Below are positions 9,650 to 20,062 of a DNA stretch of 64,000 nt, piece by piece. The stretch comes from Candidatus Hodarchaeota archaeon (GTDB lineage Archaea > Asgardarchaeota > Lokiarchaeia > Sigyniarchaeales > SOKP01): assembly GCA_048886685.1 (NCBI GenBank), contig JBHLKM010000007.1:111190-175189 (forward strand), written 5' to 3'. The notes beneath the pieces are model-generated. The model was not told the origin of the DNA and made no database searches. It saw only the letters and a list, made by a program, of their open reading frames with translations. Position 1 is the first letter of the stretch, and each line of letters begins with the position of its first letter. The position numbers and the translations under genes were made by a program.

Positions 9650-10942
9650 TCATCCTCCTTTAAAATAAGTTTCTTCATCATAATCATCCAATTCTTCTAG
9701 TCTCAATCCTAAGAAGTCAGTTTTATTGGTAAAAATATCTTTTCTAAAATCATCCAAAGCTTTATAGATACCTGTTATTATGTGTTCTGTTTTAACATCT
9801 CTTCCCCCTAATCCAACAATGAAGCCTTTGATATTTGGTCGATTTTTTAATCCATAAAGAGCTGCTTTTAATTCATATGATAGGATACCTTCATATCCAT
9901 ACCCAATATCCCTATCAAATACTACAATATTTTCCTTATCTCTGAAAAATTCCCTTAATTCCTCGGCAGGAAATGGTCGAAATAACTTCAGACTTAATAA
10001 ACCGACTTTTAGACCTTCTGCTCTAAGTTTCTGAATAGCAACTCTAGATTGTGAAGCTACTGATCCCATTCCAAAGATTATAGTCTCTGCGTCATCGGTT
10101 CGAATTGCTTTATATATACCATTTCCATAAGATCTTCCAAATTTCTTAGAAAAATTATTATGAACTTCCCTTATGATATTAATTGAATTTTCTAATGCTT
10201 TCTGTAATGAATATCGATATTCATAATATCCCGGAGCGACACCCTCATCTCGCTTAACTACTTGAGGTGTTGTTACTGGATCAACTCCTTTAACAGTAGA
10301 AACATCAGACAAATTAATATGGTGATTGAGAGGTGGTAAAAACTCATCAATTTCTTTTTGAAGTTCTAATTTTACTGGCATTGCTGTGTGTGAAAGCACA
10401 TAACCATCGAAAGCACAAGCTACAGGTAGGAAAACCCTTGGATCTTCTGCAATTTTAAATGCTTGAAGGTTAGTATCATAGATTTCTTGATTATTCTCAC
10501 AAAATAATTGAATCCATCCAACATCTCTGATTGTTACAAAATCTTGATGGTCTGTCCAAACTGACCATGGTGCCCCTAAGCTCCTAGTGGCTAAATTAAG
10601 AACTATTGGTAGTCTATTCCCTGAAGCCCAGGGTAGCATTTCATACATTAATTCTAAACCATGAGCAGAGGTTGCTGTACCTACTCTTGAGCCCGTAGCA
10701 GAAGCAGCACATAAAACAGCCATCGCACTATGTTCAGATTCAACTTTAACAAATCTTGCCTTTAGTTTACCCTCAGCTATAAAATCAGCTATTTTTTCTA
10801 CTACCGGGCTTTGAGGTGTAATAGGATATGCAGATATAACCCCCACTCTTGCTTGTCTAAAGGCATGTGCAGCAGCATGATTCCCTGTTAAAATCATGAT
10901 ATTTTCATTTATTAATGATTCTTCTTTTTCAGTAATTGTCAT
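9650..10942 (-). CDS. porA: Pyruvate/2-oxoacid:ferredoxin oxidoreductase alpha subunit
   Basis: TGNHAAA, AYPITPQ, VESEHSA, TATS, FRPFP, GLGGRD. Confidence 0.92.
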   Translation of the reverse strand: MTITEKEESLINENIMILTGNHAAAHAFRQARVGVISAYPITPQSPVVEKIADFIAEGKLKARFVKVESEHSAMAVLCAASATGSRVGTATSAHGLELMYEMLPWASGNRLPIVLNLATRSLGAPWSVWTDHQDFVTIRDVGWIQLFCENNQEIYDTNLQAFKIAEDPRVFLPVACAFDGYVLSHTAMPVKLELQKEIDEFLPPLNHHINLSDVSTVKGVDPVTTPQVVKRDEGVAPGYYEYRYSLQKALENSINIIREVHNNFSKKFGRSYGNGIYKAIRTDDAETIIFGMGSVASQSRVAIQKLRAEGLKVGLLSLKLFRPFPAEELREFFRDKENIVVFDRDIGYGYEGILSYELKAALYGLKNRPNIKGFIVGLGGRDVKTEHIITGIYKALDDFRKDIFTNKTDFLGLRLEELDDYDEETYFKGG

Positions 10943-11241
10943 TCAATTTTCACCTCTTCCATTGATATTGCTTTAACAGGGCATTCTTCCATGCAAATAC
11001 CGCATCCTTTGCAGTAATTAAAGTCTATTTGAGGTGGAATTGTTTTAGAGACTACGGCTTCTGGGCAATACAACCAGCAATTAAAACAACTGGGTTTTCC
11101 AGATTTAACTGGTATACACTTTTTCAGATCAATTATTGGCTTTTTGGAACTCCATGTTCCTGTTTGACCTGCTTCTCCAATAACTGGTTTCTGAACTGAA
11201 CCTAATATTTTTTGATATTTTTTTTTCGAGTCTGTCATCAA
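10939..11241 (-). CDS. porD: 2-oxoacid:ferredoxin oxidoreductase delta subunit (2x[4Fe-4S])
   Basis: TGTW..KKP, CFNCWLYCP, YCKGCGICMEECP. Overlaps the porA start by 4 nt. Confidence 0.9.
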   Translation of the reverse strand: MMTDSKKKYQKILGSVQKPVIGEAGQTGTWSSKKPIIDLKKCIPVKSGKPSCFNCWLYCPEAVVSKTIPPQIDFNYCKGCGICMEECPVKAISMEEVKIE

Positions 11242-11538
11242 TTCATCAGATTCTTGTATAAAATCATTATATACAATTCGTATGTATAAAACGTATCCAA
11301 ATTTTATAATTGTTTTTATTTAAAAAAATAAAGATTGTTGTATGACTTTGTTTATTATAAAAAAAATTTAGGTCATGAGAATAATTAGATAATACTGTCT
11401 TTTAAATTAAAAATAAATACTTATTCTTTCATTAGTCTAATATGTAAAAGTTATACCATGTCTTAATATTGGATAACCTGTAGAGGAATGTATTTCGTTT
11501 AATTAAGGATTAAAAAACTAATGGATTAAGGGAGTGGC

Positions 11539-14205
11539 ATGGAAATTTTAAAAGAAAATTATTTAATATTGGCCGATAACGTAAATGATTTAATTTGTAT
11601 TCTAAATCTGAACCTTGAAATTGAATTTATAAATGAAGAAGTCCATTTAAATATATTGGGATTTTCATATGAGGATTTAATCGGCAAGAGCATTAAACAA
11701 CTCATAGATAATAAAGATATTAATAAAATCCAAAAAATTCTTAAAAATTTCGATAAAAACGACGAATTTATACTAAATTTACAATATAATCATAAGGATG
11801 GTAATAAAGTTTGGCTTGAGGTGAAGATTAAATTATTAGAAGATACAGGAATAGGGAAAAAAGTTCTCTTAATTTCGAAGGATATCTCAGATAAAAAGCT
11901 AACTGAACTTACATTAAAAGGTTCAGAAGAAAAATATCAAAGTATTATCAAAAACATTAAAGAAGGATATTATGAAGTTGATTTGAAAGGCAATTTTATG
12001 TATGTTAATGATGCTTTATGTAAATTTCTTGGATATTCAAGAGAAGAGTTGTTAAAAGAAAATTATATTATAACGACTGATGAGAAGACGCGTGATTTAG
12101 TTTTTAAAACTTACAATAAGGTATTTAGAACAGAAATTCAACAGAATATATTTCAGTTTCCAGTTATTAGAAAAAATGGAGAAAAAGCGTTTTTTGAAAC
12201 CTCTGTATATTTAAAATATAATCCTCGAGGTATAAAAAGAGGTTTTTATGGTATAGTACGAGATATCACTGAAAGGAAGAAAGTGGAAGATTTAGAGGAG
12301 AAATTTAAGATTGAACTCACTCAAAAAGTTAGATTGAGAACAAAAGAACTAGAAGAATCCCAAGAAAAATACAGTAATCTTTTTCAACATTCAAATGATG
12401 CCATTTTTTTACATAATTTAGAAGGTAAAATATTAGATGTTAACCAAAAAGTATTAGATCATTTCGGATATACAAAACATGAAGTCCTATCTCTTAATAT
12501 TGCCCAATTACATCCAGCTAGTGAACTTGTAGAATCAAAAAAAGCTTTCGAAGAAATTGCGAAAAAAGGTTTTGTAATGTTTGAAATTAACTTTAAAAAG
12601 AAAAACGGAGAAATTTTTCCTGCTGAAGTATCCTCAAGTCTTTTTACTATAGGTGGAAAGACCTTCATTCAAGGAGAAGTTCGTGATATTACAATACGGA
12701 AGCAATCTGAACAAAAACTAAAGGAATCTGAAGAAAAATATCGAAATATGATTAACAATTTAGATTTGGGGTTTTATCAAGTAAATTGGGAAGGTAATTT
12801 ATTAAATTATAATCCTGCATTTAGTCGTTTATTAGGTTTTAAACCTACAGAAGATTTAATAAGGATAAATGTAAAGCAGTTTTGGCAAAATCCGAATGAG
12901 CGTGACAGTTATTTAAAAAACTTAGTTGAAGATGGATTTGTTAAGAATTATATTGTACATTCACTAAAAAAGAATGGTGAAAAAATTGTTTTACAGCTAA
13001 ACTCTCATTTAATTAAGGATCTTGAGAGTGAACCTGTTAAAATTCAAGGAGTAATATCAGATATTACCAAAAATTTTGAATTGGAGCAAAAAGTAAAGGA
13101 ATCTGAAAGTAGATATCGCAATCTCTTTGAATCTGTGCCATTTGCAATAGCTCTTATCGATCTACAAGGTCAAATCAATTATTGTAATCCTGCAGTTGAA
13201 AAATTATTGGGATATAAAGTAGAAGAATTAATTGGAAATAATTTTAGAACTCTTACAGCAATCGAGCCGAATTATCTACCTATGATGCTTGAACGATTTC
13301 AAAAATTATTAAAAGGTGAAAATTTACCTCCTTTCGATGCAGAACTTTATAAAAAGAATGGTGAATTAGTTTGGATTAATTATCAAACATCTTTAGTCAA
13401 ATTAGGGGAAAATTTCTTAGTTCAAGCAATTCTCCATGACATAACAGACCGAAAAACGGCGGATCTATTAGTACAAGAGGAAATTCAAAAATTGAAAGAG
13501 CTTGATCAAATTAGAAAAGATTTAATCTCAAGAGTTTCGCATGAATTAAAAACACCACTTGTATCTGTCTGTGGAGCTTCGGAATTACTTTTAGAACTAT
13601 TTAAAGATGAGTTTTCGAATGAGAGTAAAGAACTAATAAAGATGATTGAAAAAGGAGGTTCAAGATTGAAATATTTGGTGGATAATCTTCTTGATATCAC
13701 TCGAATTGAGTATAACAAATTTGATTTAATAACAGAATTTACTAATTTAAGCGAACTCATCCAAGACTGTGCGAATGAAATGATGTATTTGATAAAAAGA
13801 CGTAAATTAGATTTAAAACTTGATCTTCCTAATGAATTATTGATAAACATTGATAAAATAAGAATGGAACAAGTAATTCTAAATCTATTATCCAATGCTA
13901 TTAAAAATACACCACCTAATGGGGAAATATTGATAAAATTATATAAGAAAGGAAATTGGGCTGAATTTTTTGTCAATGATACTGGTATTGGTTTGACTCG
14001 AGATGAAATGGATATAATATTTACCAGATTTGGCAAGATTGAAAGATATGGGGAAGGTTTAGAATTTATTGATATTCAAGGTTCTGGGCTTGGTTTGTAT
14101 ATTTCAAAAGAAATAATTGATTTGCATAAGGGGCAAATTTGGGCAGAGTCAGCTGGAAGAAATAAAGGAAGTACTTTTCTAATCAAATTACCAATTGTGG
14201 AGTAA
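11539..14205 (+). CDS. Cytoplasmic PAS-domain sensor histidine kinase (about 5 PAS + HisKA + HATPase)
   Basis: Repeated PAS/PAC units ending in (R/H)DIT; SHELKTPL; NLLSNAIK; DTGIG; GSGLGL. No TM segment or receiver domain. Confidence 0.92.
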   Translation: MEILKENYLILADNVNDLICILNLNLEIEFINEEVHLNILGFSYEDLIGKSIKQLIDNKDINKIQKILKNFDKNDEFILNLQYNHKDGNKVWLEVKIKLLEDTGIGKKVLLISKDISDKKLTELTLKGSEEKYQSIIKNIKEGYYEVDLKGNFMYVNDALCKFLGYSREELLKENYIITTDEKTRDLVFKTYNKVFRTEIQQNIFQFPVIRKNGEKAFFETSVYLKYNPRGIKRGFYGIVRDITERKKVEDLEEKFKIELTQKVRLRTKELEESQEKYSNLFQHSNDAIFLHNLEGKILDVNQKVLDHFGYTKHEVLSLNIAQLHPASELVESKKAFEEIAKKGFVMFEINFKKKNGEIFPAEVSSSLFTIGGKTFIQGEVRDITIRKQSEQKLKESEEKYRNMINNLDLGFYQVNWEGNLLNYNPAFSRLLGFKPTEDLIRINVKQFWQNPNERDSYLKNLVEDGFVKNYIVHSLKKNGEKIVLQLNSHLIKDLESEPVKIQGVISDITKNFELEQKVKESESRYRNLFESVPFAIALIDLQGQINYCNPAVEKLLGYKVEELIGNNFRTLTAIEPNYLPMMLERFQKLLKGENLPPFDAELYKKNGELVWINYQTSLVKLGENFLVQAILHDITDRKTADLLVQEEIQKLKELDQIRKDLISRVSHELKTPLVSVCGASELLLELFKDEFSNESKELIKMIEKGGSRLKYLVDNLLDITRIEYNKFDLITEFTNLSELIQDCANEMMYLIKRRKLDLKLDLPNELLINIDKIRMEQVILNLLSNAIKNTPPNGEILIKLYKKGNWAEFFVNDTGIGLTRDEMDIIFTRFGKIERYGEGLEFIDIQGSGLGLYISKEIIDLHKGQIWAESAGRNKGSTFLIKLPIVE

Positions 14206-14240
14206 GGCTAAATCAAATTTATGAAATATGTGAGCCTTAA

Positions 14241-15740
14241 ATGAAATATAACAAAGAAGAAATAAGAGAAAAATATAAGGATTTATTTGAATATTCTTTA
14301 GATTTAATTTACGTTAATGATTTGAGAGGAAATTTTCTAGACGCTAATGATATTGCGTTAAAAAAGTTAGGTTTTGCAAGAGATGAAATTCCAAATATTT
14401 CTTTCATAGACTTACTCGATAGAGAGAATTTAATGAAAGCGATAAAAATTACGAATGAAATTAGAAAAACAGGAAAACAAACAGAACGAAGTCAATATAA
14501 GCTTAAAACAAAAGAAGGGAAATATATATACGTTGAAACCTATGCGATACCCTTAAAAAAAAATGAAAAAATTTATGCCATTCTAGGGATTGGAAATGAT
14601 ATTACTGAGAGAAAATTAGCAGAACAGAAATTAAGAGAATCAGAGGAAAAATATAGATATTTATTCGAAGATTCCCCATTTGCTATAATTTTAATTAACT
14701 CAGAAGGTGAAATAGTTGATAGCAGTCCTGCCACTGAAACAATAGGTGGTTATAGCAGAAGTGACTTAGTCGGGAAAAAATTTAGAGATCTTAAAATTGT
14801 ACACCCAGATTTTCTTCCATTGTTAATTGATTTATTTAGAAGATATATAAAAGGAGAAATTTTACACCGGATAGATATTCAATTGTATAAAAAGAACGGT
14901 AGTTTAATTTGGGCAAATCTTCAAGCATCTTTGGTGAAATTAGGGAGTGAAACTTTTGCTCAAGTAATTTTACATGATATTACTAAACGGAAAGAAGCAG
15001 ATTTATTGATAAAAGAAGAAATACAAAAGTTAAAAGAATTAGATCAATTAAGAAAGGATTTAATTTCAAGAGTCTCTCATGAGCTAAAAACACCCCTTGT
15101 TTCGGTCTTTACAAGTTCTGAACTTTTATTAAATGTTTTTAGAGATAAATTGGGAGAAGATGTATTAGAATTAATCCAAATGATTCAAAAGGGTGGAAAA
15201 CGGTTAAATCATCTAGTTGATAATTTATTAGATATAACAAGAATTGAATACAGGAAATTTAAATTAGAAAAAGAATCAATGAATCTCACTAAAATAATTA
15301 AAGAGAACTCAGAGGAAATGAGATTCTTGATAAAAGAGAGAAATTTAAGTCTCATTTTAGAACTCACCCCAAATGTCCATATTGAAATAGATAGATTGAG
15401 AATTGAGCAAGTAATTACTAATTTACTTTTAAATGCTATAAAGAATACCCCCCCCAACGGGAAAATAATAATAAAGCTATCAGAAGAAGAAGGTTGGGTT
15501 GAAATTTCTGTAATTGATACTGGAATTGGTCTAACTGAAGAAGAAATGAATATAATTTTCACTAGATTTGGAAAAATAGAAAGACATGAGGAAGGATTAG
15601 AATATATTGATATTCAAGGTTCGGGACTGGGTTTATTTATTTCAAAAGAAATTGTTGAATTACATGGGGGTAGTATTATAGCGGAATCAGAGGGTAGGAA
15701 TAAGGGAAGTAAATTTGTTGTAAAATTACCTTTTCATTAG
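14241..15740 (+). CDS. Cytoplasmic PAS-domain sensor histidine kinase (2 PAS)
   Basis: Two PAS/PAC units; SHELKTPL; NLLLNAIK; DTGIG; GSGLGL. Confidence 0.92.
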   Translation: MKYNKEEIREKYKDLFEYSLDLIYVNDLRGNFLDANDIALKKLGFARDEIPNISFIDLLDRENLMKAIKITNEIRKTGKQTERSQYKLKTKEGKYIYVETYAIPLKKNEKIYAILGIGNDITERKLAEQKLRESEEKYRYLFEDSPFAIILINSEGEIVDSSPATETIGGYSRSDLVGKKFRDLKIVHPDFLPLLIDLFRRYIKGEILHRIDIQLYKKNGSLIWANLQASLVKLGSETFAQVILHDITKRKEADLLIKEEIQKLKELDQLRKDLISRVSHELKTPLVSVFTSSELLLNVFRDKLGEDVLELIQMIQKGGKRLNHLVDNLLDITRIEYRKFKLEKESMNLTKIIKENSEEMRFLIKERNLSLILELTPNVHIEIDRLRIEQVITNLLLNAIKNTPPNGKIIIKLSEEEGWVEISVIDTGIGLTEEEMNIIFTRFGKIERHEEGLEYIDIQGSGLGLFISKEIVELHGGSIIAESEGRNKGSKFVVKLPFH

Positions 15741-16103
15741 AAAGTATGGTTTAAAAATTCAATCACTCCTTCTCTTATGTTATAACTTTCTACATATATC
15801 CTTGATTATATTTTATATATCTTTTTCTATCAATCTCGCATAATATACTAAATAATGAAAGAGAGTAAATGTAAAAAAAGTGGATATTAAAATTTTATTC
15901 TTCAAAAAGAGAAATCGGGTTTGTTTTTAACAGATAAACGTGAACTCTTTTAATAATTGGATAAAAGATTTAATATTTAATCCCTAAATACTGAAAAACT
16001 TGAAATATTCAGATATTATTAAAAGAAACAAATAAATATTGGAAAATGCCATGTTCTTTTTAGAAGAGGATAAGTATTTAAAAAATAACTAAACATTGAG
16101 GTT

Positions 16104-18368
16104 ATGATAATGGAATTGATGAAATATGATAGGGTCGAAATTTGCGAAAAATTTAATGATTTATTCGAATATTCTTTGGATTTAATTTATGTATGTGATT
16201 TGGAAGGAAATTTTCTGGACGCGAATGATATTACATTATTTTCATTAGGTTATGAAAGAGAAGAAATATCAAATTTAACATTTTTAGACGTCCTTGAGAA
16301 AGACGAAATCAATAAGGCATATGGTGTTATTAAAGAAATTCTTAAATCTGGGAAACAGTTTAAACGTAGAGAATATAAAGTAAGAGCTAAAAATGGGGAT
16401 TTTATTTATATAGAAACATATGGTATTCCCCTAAAAAGAAATGGTATTATTTATGCAATCTTAGGTATTGGTAAAAATATTACTGAACGTAAAAAAGCAG
16501 AACTCAGGTTAAAAGATTCTGAAGATGTGTTCAAAGCCCTCTATAAAGAGGGTCCAATTGCGGCTTATACTTGGAAAAAATTAAATGATGACTTTGTTCT
16601 TATTGATTTTAATAACGCAGCTGAGAATTTAACTCAAGGTAATGTCCTTAATGTGTTAGGCCATAAAGCTTCCGTAATGTATAAGGATAGATCTGACATT
16701 TTGGAAGATTTATATAAATGTTTTAATGAGAAAACGCATACCACGAGAGAGATGAGATATAAATTTCAATTTACTGGAGAAAATAAGTATTTATTAGTAA
16801 ATTATGGCTATGTTAAGCCAGATTTGGTAATTGTACAAACTGAAGATATAACTGAAAAAAGAATCGCAGAAGAAAAATTAAGAGAGTCTGAAGAAAAATA
16901 TAGAAGTATTCTTGAGAATATGCAGGATGGATATTTTGAAGTAGATCTTAATGGAAATTATACTTTTGTCAATGATTATCACTGTAAATTTTTAGGATAT
17001 TCAAAAGATGAATTAATAGGAATGAATTATCGCGATATTATAGAGAAGAAAACGATAAATGAAGTATTTAACAAATTCAGACAACTGTATAATGAAGAGA
17101 CCACTAGAGCAATTTTTGAAAGTAAAGTTCTCAGAAATGATGGAGTAAAACGAATTATAGATGGAACAGCATATTTAAAATTTGATTCCAAGGGAAAAAA
17201 AGTTGGCTTTTATGGTTTTACTCGCGATATTACGGAGAAAATAGAAGCTGAAGAAAGACTTTTAGAATCTGAGAAAAAATACCGATATCTCTATGAAAAT
17301 TCTCCATTTTCTATCGTCCTTATAAATTCTAAAGAGGAAATTGTAGATTGTAATCCAAGGACAGAAATAATGTTCGGATATCTAAAGGCTGATTTACTGG
17401 GCAAAAAATTTCACAAAATTCCAGTATTTCATCCAGATTATTTACCAACTATTATAGATCTTTTTGAAAAATTCATAAAAGGAGAAAAAATGCATCGTAT
17501 TGATCTACAAATGTATAGAAAAGATAGAAGTTTACTATGGGTAAATTTACAGGCTTCTATAGTTCAAGTAGAAAATGAGTACTTGGTTCAGGCTTTATTT
17601 ATCGATGTTTCAACACGAAAGGAAGCAGAATTCTTAATTAATAGAGAAATTAAAAAATTGAAAGAACTTGACCAAATTAGAAAAAACTTAATATCGAGAG
17701 TTGCTCATGAATTAAAAACACCTCTTGCTTCTGTTTGTGGAGGCACAGAGTTTCTTACTAGTGTTTACAATGACCAAATGGGAGAAGAAGAATTAGAGAT
17801 CCTCACTTTAATTGACAAAGGTGGGAACAGATTAAAATATTTAGTGGATAATTTAATTGACATCTCAAGAATGGAATATGATAAGTTCAAACTTAAAAAG
17901 GATATGAGTAATTTATGTGAATTGATAAATGAATGTTCTAAAGAAATGGAACATCTAATAAAAAAGAGAACTTTATCTGTCGATTTAAAGCTTCCTGATA
18001 AATTATGGTTGGATATTGATAGAATTAGAATAGAACAAGTTATTACGAATTTATTATCGAATGCAGTAAAAAATACTCCCCCTAAAGGAAGGATTACAGT
18101 TAAAGTAGAAAAACAAGAAAATTGGGTTATCCTCTCTATAAGTGATACAGGAGTAGGTTTGACAAAAGAGGAAATGGAAATAATTTTCACTCGATTTGGC
18201 AAAATAGAAAGATATGGGGAAGGACTCGAATATATTGATATTCAAGGCTCTGGGCTTGGATTATTTATATCAAAAGAAATTGTTGATTTACATGGGGGTA
18301 ATATTAGAGCAGAATCAGGAGGGAGAGGTAAAGGAAGCACCTTTATCGTAGAATTACCAATTATATGA
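16104..18368 (+). CDS. Cytoplasmic PAS-domain sensor histidine kinase (about 4 PAS)
   Basis: Four PAS/PAC units; AHELKTPL; NLLSNAVK; DTGVG; GSGLGL. Confidence 0.92.
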   Translation: MIMELMKYDRVEICEKFNDLFEYSLDLIYVCDLEGNFLDANDITLFSLGYEREEISNLTFLDVLEKDEINKAYGVIKEILKSGKQFKRREYKVRAKNGDFIYIETYGIPLKRNGIIYAILGIGKNITERKKAELRLKDSEDVFKALYKEGPIAAYTWKKLNDDFVLIDFNNAAENLTQGNVLNVLGHKASVMYKDRSDILEDLYKCFNEKTHTTREMRYKFQFTGENKYLLVNYGYVKPDLVIVQTEDITEKRIAEEKLRESEEKYRSILENMQDGYFEVDLNGNYTFVNDYHCKFLGYSKDELIGMNYRDIIEKKTINEVFNKFRQLYNEETTRAIFESKVLRNDGVKRIIDGTAYLKFDSKGKKVGFYGFTRDITEKIEAEERLLESEKKYRYLYENSPFSIVLINSKEEIVDCNPRTEIMFGYLKADLLGKKFHKIPVFHPDYLPTIIDLFEKFIKGEKMHRIDLQMYRKDRSLLWVNLQASIVQVENEYLVQALFIDVSTRKEAEFLINREIKKLKELDQIRKNLISRVAHELKTPLASVCGGTEFLTSVYNDQMGEEELEILTLIDKGGNRLKYLVDNLIDISRMEYDKFKLKKDMSNLCELINECSKEMEHLIKKRTLSVDLKLPDKLWLDIDRIRIEQVITNLLSNAVKNTPPKGRITVKVEKQENWVILSISDTGVGLTKEEMEIIFTRFGKIERYGEGLEYIDIQGSGLGLFISKEIVDLHGGNIRAESGGRGKGSTFIVELPII

Positions 18369-18390
18369 ATAAATAAATTAATAATTCTTC

Positions 18391-18978
18391 TTACAGTACT
18401 TTAGCCAAATTATATCCTTCTTCTATTAATTCATAGTTTAGCATGCCAATTTTTTTGCCCAAACGTTTAAGAACAACTTTTTTTAAATTATCCAAATTTA
18501 AATCTGGGAGTGCTTTTGAAAGAAGACCTAAGATTGGAGTATTGATAACTGGATTTCCATCAATTGTAAGATTTTTCTCTAATGCCAATTTGCTAATATC
18601 TGCTACAACAATTTTAGATCCACTACTTAATTTATATTTCTCAACAAAAAATTCGGGATCCTTTTCTGAATTAATTACGAATATGCCACCTTCTCTAAGG
18701 GAAGAAGTTATTTCTTGATTTAATACAGTTTCATCAAATATTATCAAGATATTTGGGTTTTCTATTTGAGCTCTATCCCAAATAATACCTGCTCGAGAAA
18801 GCTTAGCATATGCTTGAATAGGAGCACCTCTTCTTTCTGCTCCAAATGAAGGATATGCATGTACATCAGCAAAATTCCCACTTAAATACGCCGCTTCTGC
18901 GATCAATTCACAAGCTGTCACAGCACCCTGACCTCCTCGACCATGTATGATGATTTCTATTTTTTCAGTTTCTTTCAT
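18391..18978 (-). CDS. porG: 2-oxoacid:ferredoxin oxidoreductase gamma subunit
   Basis: HGRGGQGAVT, YPSFGAERRGAP, NTPILG. Confidence 0.92.
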   Translation of the reverse strand: MKETEKIEIIIHGRGGQGAVTACELIAEAAYLSGNFADVHAYPSFGAERRGAPIQAYAKLSRAGIIWDRAQIENPNILIIFDETVLNQEITSSLREGGIFVINSEKDPEFFVEKYKLSSGSKIVVADISKLALEKNLTIDGNPVINTPILGLLSKALPDLNLDNLKKVVLKRLGKKIGMLNYELIEEGYNLAKVL

Positions 18979-19187
18979 ATTAAAAGCCCAATAAAATTGA
19001 ACTATTACTCTTTATTAAGAAGTTTACCGAATAATATAAAATTTGTTTAAATTTCTTTTATGAGCATAATCTTAATAGGAAAATAGTTTGAATAATCAAT
19101 TAAGAGAAACAATATTAAGCAGAAAAAGATATAATAAACTATCATTAATCTATTAACTAGCAATTTTAAAGTCTATGTGATGTATTC

Positions 19188-20036
19188 ATGAAAAATGATA
19201 CTGGATTTTTTGAAGGCAGAGAATTGAAAAAATTATTCTATCAATTTTGGTTACCTGATTCTGGGGAAATTAAGGCATATCTTATAACGCTTCACGGGTG
19301 GGGGACTCATTCTGATAGATTAAAACTTATTGCTGAATACTTTACAGAAAAGGGTTATGCCATTTATTCGTTTGATTTACGAGGGCATTGGAGAAATGCT
19401 GGAGAAATTCCCGGACATATAGATAGTATGGACCATCTTCAAAAAGATACTCTCCTTTTCCTGGATGTCATACGTGAAATTGCAGATAATAAAAAAATAT
19501 TTTTGATGGGTCATTCTTTTGGAGGATTGATTGCCTTAATTTATGCTATTAATCACCCAGCATTACCAGGAGTATTAATTTCTTCACCCTTATTAGGATT
19601 GTTTATGAAACTATCAATAGGTAAAAAAGTAATTAAATCAATATCCAGCACCATATCCAAATTATCACCTAACAAAATTTTAAATTATGAAATCGATCAA
19701 AATCAATTAACAAGCGATTTAAAAATTTTAAGAAGTCATATTACCGATAAACATAAAATAGAGGTAATTTCGGCTAAATCGGCTTCTGAAATTGATAAAT
19801 ATACAAAATGGACCATGGAAAATGCCTCTGATTTAATTTGTCCTGTGTTGATAATGCAAGGTGGTAATGATAAAATAGTTGATAAGAAAAAGGCAGAAGA
19901 ATTCTTCAAAAAAGTTAGAAGTAAAGATAAAACTTATAAGGAATACCCAGGATTTCTTCATGAATTATGGAATGAAAAAGGAAGAGCCCAAGTTTATCAA
20001 GACATGTATGTCTGGTTAGAAAAACATTTGAAATAG
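19188..20036 (+). CDS. Lysophospholipase / monoacylglycerol lipase (Hydrolase_4)
   Basis: HGWG.H, DLRGH, GHSFGG nucleophile, D(KIV), HEL.NE. Confidence 0.88.
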   Translation: MKNDTGFFEGRELKKLFYQFWLPDSGEIKAYLITLHGWGTHSDRLKLIAEYFTEKGYAIYSFDLRGHWRNAGEIPGHIDSMDHLQKDTLLFLDVIREIADNKKIFLMGHSFGGLIALIYAINHPALPGVLISSPLLGLFMKLSIGKKVIKSISSTISKLSPNKILNYEIDQNQLTSDLKILRSHITDKHKIEVISAKSASEIDKYTKWTMENASDLICPVLIMQGGNDKIVDKKKAEEFFKKVRSKDKTYKEYPGFLHELWNEKGRAQVYQDMYVWLEKHLK

Positions 20037-20062
20037 GACTTACTTTTTTAATTTTACTAGTT

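Noticed and set aside
11521-11529. ATG-GAT-TAA in frame just upstream of kinase 1
   Set aside because: Too short to distinguish a uORF or lesion from chance. The downstream ATG has its own GGAG motif.
13506-18245. Similar antisense ORFs (13506-14036, 15209-15562, 17765-18202) that look like a repeated gene family
   Set aside because: They are reverse-frame shadows of the conserved HATPase regions of the three kinases.
11241-18391. Kinase block as a mobile element
   Set aside because: No transposase, integrase, terminal repeats or target duplication seen.
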